A DNA stretch of 63,855 nt, counting the filler, from Collodictyon triciliatum (lineage: Eukaryota): NCBI GenBank assembly GCA_043381765.1. It is 8 parts of 8 records of this genome, joined end to end, with 100 filler letters (N's around TTAATTAATTAA, not from the genome) between each part and the next. Parts side by side here need not be neighbours in the genome. Positions count along the whole stretch, not along the records: positions 47,782 to 57,226 come from JBHJMP010003010.1; positions 57,327 to 60,635 come from JBHJMP010003029.1; positions 60,736 to 63,855 come from JBHJMP010003131.1; 5 more parts are not named here. One strand, 5' to 3'. A model generated the notes under the pieces. It worked only from the letters and a program-made list of their open reading frames with translations, ran no database searches and was not told where the DNA came from. A program made the position numbers and the translations under genes. Of the stretch, positions 53,427 through 63,855 are shown one piece after another (position 1 is the first letter of the stretch; every line of letters begins with the position of its first letter).

Positions 53427-53580
53427 GAAGGGACTCTGTCTTTTCAGACAGTAACTTTCTGCGCGTTTGAGTAGTGAGAACCATGCTTCAATTGAACAAA
53501 AGAGTTTTCGCAAGACGAGCCAACTTTCATTGTGCTCCTTTTTACTTTCATTTTTTTCTTTCTCTTCCCAGCACCCGAAG

Positions 53581-56500
53581 ATGAGGTTGTGTTGGGTTCT
53601 GCTAGTGCTGTCACTGTCTCAAACTTCAAAAGCGCTGGTTTTCCCTGTGGACGTCTCTTCGTTCGAACGTAGTTATGTTAAAGTTGTCTCTGACTTTGGA
53701 GTGGGCAGTGATGGAGAAATCGTGGTCGACTTGGAGTTACAAGTTTATTATTCACCTATTCATTCACCTATTCATTCATCTATTCATTCATCTATTCATT
53801 CATCTATTCATTCATCTATTCATTCATCTATTCATTCATCTATTCATTCATCTATTCATTCATCTATTCATTCATCTATTCATTCATCTATTCATTCATC
53901 TATTCATTCATCTATTCATTCATCTATTCATTCATCTATTTATATTCATTTATGAAGTGATTGATTGCTTCACTTGTTTGTACAGAATTCTGAAGGTGCT
54001 CAGAATACCTCATATGTGATATCACTCTTTAGAAAAGAACAATGGGTGAGCTTTATAGCATTCATGTACATACAGCGAAAATTTTATAATTGGAGTGATA
54101 ATAGTTCTTTTCAATATAATATTATGAAATGTAATTCAATGTATTTTTTTGGTAAAAAAGATTTTTTTTAATATTTTTCTTTCACAGTCCCTCATTATGA
54201 TTTTTTTATTTTCCCTAAACCAGGATAAATATTCTCACAAGTTATCAAACCCTGGACATTTATGTTATGCTCCATCCATGATGGTAATTTGAGCCCATCT
54301 CATTTTCTTTTCTCGAGGAAAAAAAAACATTTTAAAACTGTCAGATATGCAGTTTTTTTTTACCAGCGTTCTTCAAAACTCTTATGATACTTTATAATCA
54401 AGAGATACACTCATTTTTTTTTTTTTAGAGATACGAAATTAAATGGAAGACAAAGGTAACTCATAAAATTCCGTGGACTGATTTGTACTACGTGGTACTT
54501 CATGATTGTCTCGGCCCACTTTCAATAAACATTAAGGTAACATGCGTTTTCATTTTATTTCTACGTGTGAAGACGGATAATTTGGTATTTGAATGCATCC
54601 ATGAATCATACATTTGTGTAATTCTCAGTTCAAATATTCCTGAAACTGCTGTTTCACTTTTGCTCCAGTCATTGAAGCAAACATCTGATATTTTCTCTAG
54701 GGTACTGTCCAACTCATGAACCCTCACGGAGAGCACTTGTCGCTTGAAAATATTCCTATTGTTGCTATAGAGTCGTTCCTTTTTTGTTCTTATTTCCTTT
54801 GTTCACTTTACTGGTTTGCAACCTATCAATGGTTTAGGTTTGATTTTTATTTACCCATATTTCAAACTGCTCTATTGTTTGAGGCCTTGAAAAAAGGCTT
54901 TGTAGTTGCTTCTTTGACGGATTTAACCTTTTTATCAAAATATTTTCCATTATCATTAATTTATCTATTTACGAAAAGAAATCAAGTAATTCGGATGCAC
55001 AAGCTACTATCGGTTGGTTTTGGATTGAAGTTTATCGAGTCTCTTATCAATTTGATATACTTTAAGTCAATATCGATGACAGGAAAGGAATGGTTTATAC
55101 TAAGGTTAACATCTGTAATAAAATTCTGAAAAAAAAAGAACGAATATTATTTATCAAGATTAGACAATAAAAATAAAAACTGTTTAAGTCATATGAACGA
55201 TTAACTAATTGCTGCTTCTTTTCCTTGATTCGATTCAAAGAACTAATTGCTGCTTAAGTATATATATTTCAGCGAACGCTAACACTAATAATTTGAAAAA
55301 ATCGAATATATTTCATCATGAATGTTAATTATTTGAAATTATGTAGTATGAGTCGAATTGTCATCGTATCAATATCAGAGACGCTATTTTTTACAACTCT
55401 CTTCCTCATATCCTTGGGATGGACCATCACAAGAAACCGCCTTTCAGAGAGAGAAAAAAATATGCTTATATGTGAGAATTAAAATATATTTGCCACAATA
55501 CATAACATAGCGAGATTATTAAATTTTTTCTCTCATAGGTATTTTTGTGTGTTTCCTGCTTATGGATTTTATGAAAGAAATATGTGATGGAGGCTCTTTT
55601 TGCTATGTGTATACTGTAAGTAAATCAACTAGTTAAAAGTCGAGTATTTAATTTTAATCTGCATAAAAACCTGAGTAATCTTCTGTTTCGTTGAGTATAC
55701 ATTTCCTTCTTTTCTTAAAAAAAATCAGCTAAGCTATCACGGTATTAAGTTCATCGTGTTATTCCTCATTATCGTTTCAATGAATTCAATAATTGAGAGG
55801 CTAAGGATTACTGCTAGGGAACAAGTATTAACTCTATATGTCTATATTTCGTAAATTTGAAGCTTTTGTTGAATTTAAATGCGCATTTTGAACATGAACT
55901 TTACACTTTATTCCTTGACTGCTTTTTTAAAATTATCAGTGGACAGAACACCACACAAGTATTTTGTCCAAACTCAAAATGTTTCGGTAACTATTTCAGA
56001 CATTTGTTTCAGTATAATTCACCATTACATTAGTGGTTATATACATAAAATCATACCAAAAATTTAAAAAAGAACGGGAAACATAGAGTTCAACAAACAG
56101 TCTGGACTCTCGAAAGACAGTTCATATTCCTTTTCATCCAGGCTCTTCCGTTGGGTCTATGTCCTCTATCTCATCATCCCCATATTCATTCTGGTCATTC
56201 AGTCGTCCATCTTAAGCTGGCAGCAGCAGTGGATTGCAATTTTATTAACGCAGCTTCTTTATTTGATGGTATACGTCATGATTGGACAAACTTTCAGACC
56301 GCGCCGGAACAATCGCTATTTCTATGACCAAAGAGAAGCAGAGTATTTTTTTTTTATCATATTACTGTTAAAGAAACATCAGATGCACCTTAGTATCGAA
56401 GAGTCTTATATCGAATGGAGAATGTAAAAGAAATGTAAAAGAAATCTAAATATTATGTTTACTATTGAATATAAATAAATATTCGATATTGATATGTTTT

Positions 56501-57067
56501 GCCTTTCAACAGAATAGCACCGCTTGCAAACAGATTCGTTCAGCAATTTATTCAAGACACAGAGCTTGTGCAGCTTGCATCAGATAGAGAGAACCTGAAC
56601 AGACCGGGTATTTCGGCACCGACTTCGCGTAACCGCCCAGGTTCATCGTTATCCTATCCTCCTAATGCCTCAATAACTCTTCTGCACGTTACAGTAAAAC
56701 TAGAACTTCAATAAGGAAATCTTATGGAAATCTCGAATCAGTATCCAAGAAAACACTGATTGCTTATTTCATCTATGTTGTTGAGTAAAAATAGGAAAAA
56801 AGGAAAAAAAGAGGCTATTCTCATTATTACTTGACATTTAAAGTCTCTAGAAACGCACCCGGTCGCCATTATGAGGCATCACCTGATTATTACGGAGCCG
56901 AGCAATCCTACCATCCATTTACAACCCATACGGAAAGCCATGGTGATCACCACACGCCGGAACGAGAACTCAGAGCATATAACACTGGCGCCCCGAATTC
57001 CCCGCAGGGAAGACCTGTGCATAACTTAAACGGCAGAATCAATCAAGATTTCACTGACCTTGGGTGA
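53581..57067 (+). CDS. GOST-family (GPR107/GPR108/TMEM87-like) signal peptide + luminal domain + 7TM protein; last exons tentative
   Basis: Signal peptide MRLCWVLLVLSLSQTSKA; FG..DG; LYYVVLHDC; MNPHGEHLSLENIP; MHKLL; LISLGWTITRNRLSERE; SWQQQWI; IGQTFRP..N.YF. Confidence 0.8.
53750..53950. repeat. 12-bp (ATTCATTCATCT)n minisatellite in intron
   Basis: Direct inspection; degenerate relative at ~52768-52799. Confidence 0.95.
55203..55255 (-). mobile_element. Micro-retroposon copy 9 (23-nt insert) with perfect 15-bp TSD
   Basis: aactaattgctgctt + cttttccttgattcgattcaaag + aactaattgctgctt; intronic. Confidence 0.85.
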
Positions 57068-57524
57068 ACATGTACACAAACATCACAAACTAAATCCTTA
57101 TCTAAGCCGAAATGGAGAAATAAACCAAACCAAACCAAACCAAACCAAACCAAACCAAACCAAACCAAACCAAACCAAACCAAACCAAACCAAACCAAAC
57201 CAAACCAAACCAAACCAAACCAAACCNNNNNNNNNNNNNNNNNNNNNNNNNNNNNNNNNNNNNNNNNNNNTTAATTAATTAANNNNNNNNNNNNNNNNNN
57301 NNNNNNNNNNNNNNNNNNNNNNNNNNAAAAAAAAAAAAAAAAAACACAAAAAAAAAAAATTTTTCTTAGACAAACCGTTTTTCATAAAAGGTAAGGTTTT
57401 CCTTTTTTTTTTTTTTTTTTGACGAAAGATACAAAAAAAAAAGAGAAAATATTGGCGAGAAATATTGGCCGAGAAAAGTCGAACAGAAGAAAATACGTAT
57501 CAGAATACCTTATTTATACCAATA

Positions 57525-59222
57525 CGTTTATCACGCGCGAAAAACTGTACTATTGACAAAATGCTGCCATCATCAACGAAATGCAAGTCTTTCAGTAACA
57601 GCTGTAATGTGTAAAAAGGGCTTGTTTGTCACCAACAATAGAGATTATAGAAGCAGATGAGCTATTTACTTCGCCAAATCAGACGTGTAAAAAAAAAAAA
57701 AGAAGAAAAAGTCATAATAGTGATATGCCGTGATTGTACGGTAGGGAGAGTGGCTCATATGGACAGGAAGAAGATACAACATGATTTATCCGTTGATTTA
57801 ACCTTTAAGAAGCTATCCATCACAGAATGAAGCTAATTTTTATGCATAGGTCCGGGTTGGTTTTTTTTTTTTTAAAAAAAAAAAAAGAGATATTAAAAAG
57901 AAAATTTATCTTGGGAAATGCAACCAAAATTATAATTGTCTTGGGTATTTCGATGAAAAAAAAGTACCGCATGCGTATCAACGTGATAGAAGCCTCCTAT
58001 CATTTTGGATGTAGTTATTAGGACATCGTTTACGAGGAGTGGGATATTTCAGAAAAGACAGTCGTATTCGATCGAAGAGTTTGTAACACATGATTTACTC
58101 AAAGCATTTATGAACCCCGATGCGAACACCCAGATATCTCTATGGCTTGGNNNNNNNNNNNNNNNNNNNNNNNNNNNNNNNNNNNNNNNNNNNNNNNNNN
58201 NNNNNNNNNNNNNNNNNNNNNNNNNNNNNNNNNNNNNNNNNNNNNNNNNNNNNNNNNNNNNNNNNNNNNNNNNNNNNNNNNNNNNNNNNNNNNNNNNNNN
58301 NNNNNNNNNNNNNNNNNNNNNNNNNNNAGGGAAAGGGAAAGGGAAAGGGAAAGGGATATAAACCACGTATGGGGTACTTACAGCATATTTCTGAAGCATA
58401 TTCACTGTTGCACAAGGAGAAGCGGTAATGAAAGCGATAGGGGAAGGCGTGGTTAAATGATTTAGAATACAGGATAGAATGAAATGCATCGCAATTTTCC
58501 CATCGCCAACGTGATGCAGATCAAGATGAGAACTCAATGAGGAGTAAAATGTTACCCAAGAGAGTGTCCTTTCTATCTATGATTTTATATGTGTCCACTA
58601 CATTCAGCTCTGTAATAAAGAAGGAAACATCAATCAATTACAAGTCTCATGACAGTAAAAAGGAATAATGAAATGAGAGGAGAAATATATTCAGGGGGCA
58701 GATAAATGGATAATTATATAGACATTTACTACGCATCACAGTTCATCAATAATACGCTAGTTGGACATACTATATGAATTTGACGCTATCGAGGTGAAAG
58801 TGTCAGGCACCACCAAGTCGACCTTTTGTTTTCAGAAGAGAAGTTAAGCACATAAACTTTTGAAAGTGTATAAAAGAAAGTAGCCAGCTAAGGGGGAACT
58901 TAATGTGGCGAGGTCAGTTATCTCCATATTATCCCATAATTTTATTTATAAAATAGAAGACAAAGACAAAGACAAAGACAAAGACAAAGACAAAGACAAA
59001 GACAAAGACAAAGACAAAGACAAAGACAAAGACAAAGACAAAGACAAAGACAAAGACAAAGTATCGATTGATTGGGATAAATATTAATGGATAAAGTACT
59101 GCGTTCATGTTCGGCCGCCAAATTCCAGAAACATCCCAGCAAACTCTAAAGTGTCTTGCGTTGCTCAAGATACCTTCTCTGTGCGTTAGCGTATTAAAAT
59201 TATTTTTCTGTGATGAGAATGT

Positions 59223-59320
<98 letters not shown>

Positions 59321-60445
59321 CGATATCTCTGGTCCCCTTCACGTTAAAAATGAAAAAATGGCAGATGAAAATATTAAAATCAAAAGTAAAAAGTAAAGAG
59401 GAAACATAGAGAATATAATGAAATACAACGATAATATAGTTATCATAATTTGAGGTTGGTGCATATTTATGTATTATTCAAATATCAGCTCGTACTGATT
59501 GGATTCAGATTGGGCCTCTACGACTGCGCCGAAGGAAAGAAAAAAATGAGAAGAAATTGAGTCTTTTGTATTTAAAAAGAAATACTATCCCACATCCAAT
59601 CAATAAAAGGAGGTGAAATAAAGAAGGAAAATTGTCCCCTTTTCGCATGTTAAAATGCCACTTTCGAATACAAGAACTCAAGAATTTATCGAAGCTTTTC
59701 ATGATTACCAAGCATGAAGGAAAAGTGAAAGAAGAAAAAGAAAACCTTTTTGGAACGGAGGTAATGGTCGGCGAATATATTTCCTATTTGATTGCACATA
59801 AACAAAGGCATATTCAATACAAGAAAAATTTTGGGAAGCAAAATTTACAATTATCAACTCAGTTTTGTTTGTCTGTTGTGTTTGATTATACGGTGTACCG
59901 AAAAAAAAAATATGTATGGAAATTTAATCATCATGTTCAGAGAAAGAAACCGTGTAGTCAAATGTGATATCTTTGGAGGATGCTCCGGTGTGTGCTGGAA
60001 TGAAATATCGGCAAAGTCTAAAGGAATCTGCATCGGCGGGGCTCTGGTGTCGGAGTCCATTGGATAATTATCCACATAGTCTATTCGTTGGGGAATAATG
60101 CCAGTCAATAGTAGGAAAACTGATGGGAAACTGATGGGAAAAGGAAAAGAAAGAGTAGACGAAAAACAAAAACAAAAAAAAAATAATCTTGCAAACACGA
60201 AAAGCTTCTTCTAAATATGTGAGACATTGATGGAAATTATTGTGATTCAGTGTGTTTCTGAAGTAGAGAAGGATATTCTCCTGCTGCGGATACCATTTCC
60301 ATCATAATCGGTGGTTGGTTCTGCTTCTTGAAGTGGTGAATAGCGCTCCAGATAAGTCTAAATATGAACAGGGATAAAATTCATCAAAGCTTGAATCATG
60401 CATCGAGGACAGTATGGTGGTTATTATTGGGGTTAGTGCAACACC
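57525..60445 (-). CDS. Internal exons of an unidentified multi-exon gene
   Basis: Short ag/gt-bounded open exons (e.g. DYVDNYPMDSDTRAPPMQIPLDF.., LLGCFWNLAAEHE, LLLKDLHFVDDGSIL) separated by microsatellite-containing introns; no confident domain. Confidence 0.4.
58957..59320. repeat. (GACAAA)n and (AAT)n microsatellites
   Basis: Direct inspection: 58957-59060 and 59227-59320. Confidence 0.95.
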
Positions 60446-60553
60446 CTGACACAAGTTGGCTCAGATATGATATAAAATCAGCAAGAGAAGGAGAAAGGCT
60501 CAAATGATAACGAGCAGAAAAAGAAACATAGCAAATAATGAAAATAAAAAGGC

Positions 60554-60592
<39 letters not shown>

Positions 60593-60804
60593 GAAAAAGA
60601 GAATATTTTTTTTTTTTTTTTTTTATTATTTTTTTNNNNNNNNNNNNNNNNNNNNNNNNNNNNNNNNNNNNNNNNNNNNTTAATTAATTAANNNNNNNNN
60701 NNNNNNNNNNNNNNNNNNNNNNNNNNNNNNNNNNNTTTTTCAAAATCAATTTAAATAATGCGATTTTTTTTTTTTTTTTGTTTTTTTAATTTTTAATTTT
60801 ATTT

Positions 60805-60836
<32 letters not shown>

Positions 60837-60930
60837 CAAAGAATTGAGGAATTATATTCGAAAGCACCCAAGAGAATAAAAAAACGAAGAAAAGCACGGC
60901 AGTAAAACAAGAAAAAAGCGGTTAAATTCT

Positions 60931-61723
60931 TCATGACGCACCGTGTTGTCTCTTTGTGTTTGTCTGGATGATTTTCGGGACGACACGGTTGAGCGACATT
61001 CCGTTGTAGGTGTAATGCCGCTGTGAATTCCTTCGAAGTGCTCTGCATTGCAAGACAAATGCAGGAACAAATAAATCATGAACAATAGTGGGGTTTCTTC
61101 AAGTAAAAAAGAAAAGAAAAGAAAAGAAAAGAAAAGAAAAGAAAAAAAAGAAGAAAGAAGCTGATGTTTATACTCTATTATTTCTATGTTGGTTCTGTTT
61201 TCCTATGTGAAAGGACAGTTTTCGGCAGCACTCACCGAACTTCGCGGCTTTTCCTTGCCTCGAGTTTTTCAATGTCCTCGGGCATCATTTCGTACTTTGT
61301 GGGTCCCCAATCCGCGGCTTCTTTTGCGTCTCTGAGGCGGTATACATCTGATTCTATCATCCTCAGGCAAATGCAGACACAAATGAAAATTTGCCTTGGG
61401 AAAGGATTCGCTTACCGGACAACAACATTGTGGATATTTGGCGGGACATCATCGATGCAAGTGAAATGCTCGGCTTCGGCAACACGGTGGAGGTGAATTT
61501 GCTCACGAATGGTTTGTGCAATCACAACAGAAAACTACGTATTTGATGCGGTCTTCGGTGACTCGATTGCTTAATTGATATAGACACGTTTTTCTTCCCG
61601 ATTTTTCTTGGTGGTTTTTGAAACAGTAGAGATTATCGATGGCATGGGGAATGGATTTTGGTCTGGTTGGCTTTTGTACATGTGAAGAAAAGAAGAAAAA
61701 GGCTGCCTTATTTGACATAGGCT

Positions 61724-61768
<45 letters not shown>

Positions 61769-62616
61769 GTGATGGTGATGGTGATGGTGATGGTGATGAT
61801 GGCACCTCATGTGGGAGCTGAATGTCGGCACACAGCTGGTTTGCAAAGGCCTCCGGGTCGGCATCAGGATTGGAAATATCCCACTCAAACTGGTCGCCCA
61901 GGCGGATATTATCTATGCAGATGTCCAGCTGCGTTGACGGGTGTGGGTTAAACCAAATACGCTCTTTATGTCTCAATAAATAGGAAAAAGCGAGAGGGAA
62001 ACTGATGTTACAGCACATTTAAAGAGAAGTTCGGTTATAGTGAATGATACAATATTGTAAGATAATAAAGAACCCGGATGATGCGCCTTGCTTCCGAGGA
62101 AAGCTTTGATGTTTTCGCTGATGTGAACTGTCCAATCTGTTGGCGCATAGACTCTGCAATTGTCGATGCGTTGCTCATGGGGATGTCCAAATCCTGGCAC
62201 ATCGACATGGCGAAGTAGTCTATCGCCTTCCCAGCGGCTGGCATAAGAATGAAATAGAGTTTCGCTCAATACCAGAAGAAGAATAACAACAACAAAAAAA
62301 GGGATATAATACAAAATGACACTTAAGAAAGAAAAAAAAGATAATAAATAGATAGAATAAAAAAAAACAGTATAGAATGATAGAATAAAGAAAGAAGAAA
62401 AAAAAGAAGGCAAGGAAGCATGGAAAACCTGCCGAACTCCAGCAGAAGTTTTCGTAGATTGTCCGTTCGCCGCAGTCAAGCTCCACTTTGATCGGCACAA
62501 GCTCGTCGCACTCGGCGTTTGCGGGGTGTGTCATTCTGACGAGGTGACTTGTCTGTTCTGCCTCGCTTGCAAGAGCGTGAGTTGCCAGGGAAGCACTATA
62601 GTCGCCAGCAGAGGGC
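60931..62616 (-). CDS. SNF5: SWI/SNF subunit SNF5/SMARCB1/INI1; upstream exons probably extend toward 63660
   Basis: Rpt1 ELVPIKVELD..IYENFCW..FAMSMCQDLDIP..IAESMRQQI; Rpt2 LDICIDNIRLGDQFEWDISNPDADPEAFANQLCADIQLPHEF..VIAQTIREQI; C-terminal WGP..EDIEKLEARKSREVRALRR. Confidence 0.92.
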
Positions 62617-63660
62617 CTTCAACGTTAAGAAGATGGGCGCTCTTTGCTTCTTGCAGCGTGTTTTGTCCCTTTTCTTTTTCTATCTTTTTTTCTTTTCTTG
62701 CGATATTGAGTTTATTCGAGACAAAAGGAGATGAGCTGAAGAGACGGGAATGTAATGGCGATGGATATATTCCTGCTGCGACAGAGAAAACAGGTCGCTT
62801 TAGAGTTGAGCAAACAACCCCGAAGCAAAAAAAGAGGAAAGTGTGGAGCGAAGCAGAAACAACTGTCGCGTGGCAGAGAGCATCTTCATGAGTGAATATA
62901 TAAAAGGCTTGATAACCGATTGCTTTTTTTTTTCTTTGTGGTTGGAATCAGGCCGTCAGGAGATAACACACGAGGTGCAGCGCGAAGCAGAAGACTTTTG
63001 CCCACCCTATGGTTATGATTATTATTCTTGATGAAAATACCTTCAAATCTAACTTTCCCCCTCAGTAACGATATGGTGACTCTCATATGTACCGAGATAT
63101 CCGCTTCTGTTCTCTTATGCACGGTATGTTGACAACATGGTGGCGGATATAAACGTAGATGGATTAAAGGGAATTACATCATCAGCGTGGCTATCTCTCC
63201 AAGACGATGAGTTCGGGTCTTTCTGGGCAGTGTTGCGAGCAGGCTGCACCTGGAGCGGCTGCTTTGCTTGCTGTGTCCATGTTTTCTAATCATCAACATA
63301 TGTTGCACTGTCATGACAAAGTTGAAGGGGTATTCGCTTTTAATCGCGGCGTTCCAAGTATCATGTGGTGTTTTCGTGTGTTTGGAATGGTTTTTGATTA
63401 TTTTTTTAATTTACAAAAGCATGAAGCAACAACCGTCTTTAGATATAGCCAATTTCACTCGATTATATTTTTCTTATGTAAGTGACTTATGAAGGAAGAT
63501 ACTTACTTGGGATGCACTCTTTGCATTTTTGGATGTTGAGGAGGAAGAGCCAGACTTTGAGGAACTAAGGAAGAAGATATTAAAGCACCGATTGAGATTT
63601 ATGTTAGATTGGTCCAGCAATTGCTTGAAGTACCCAATTCAAGAATTTCAGCAATCCCAA

Positions 63661-63732
<72 letters not shown>

Positions 63733-63737
<5 letters not shown>

Positions 63738-63855
63738 GAGTTTCGCTCAATACCAGAAGAAGAATAACAAAAACAAAAAAAGGGATATAATACAAAATGA
63801 CACTTAAGAAAGAAAAAAAAGATAATAAATAGATAGAATAAAAAAAAACAGTATA
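63733..63855 (+). repeat. Near-exact direct duplicate of SNF5 intron segment 62252-62374
   Basis: aaatagagtttcgctcaataccagaagaag...aaaaaaaaacagtata occurs twice with about one difference. Confidence 0.85.

Overview
AT-rich, intron-dense eukaryotic (protist-like) DNA. It is very probably not one locus: 100-bp artificial linkers (44 N + TTAATTAATTAA + 44 N) recur every 9553, 9552, 9552, 9547 and 9545 bp, which looks like size-sorted unplaced contigs joined end to end. Recognisable genes: CEP164-like WW/coiled-coil gene, mitochondrial EF-G (GFM1), an HS2ST/UST-family sulfotransferase, the 3' half of an AGC kinase, a GPR107/TMEM87 (GOST)-type 7TM gene and SNF5. There are also three paralogous NACHT/STAND (NLR-like) genes and two decayed copies of one L1/Tx1-like LINE family. 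Main observations: (1) a dispersed intronic micro-retroposon, core CTTTGAATCGAATAAAGG(A)n, usually 16-27 bp, about 9 copies, each flanked by its own 9-18-bp target-site duplication; (2) an apparently expanded NLR-like family with a calponin-homology / DUF4062 / NACHT / TPR / pentapeptide / WD40 architecture, one 126-nt TPR repeat per exon, and block loss of introns in one paralog. Exon boundaries and domain calls were read by eye; no searches were run.
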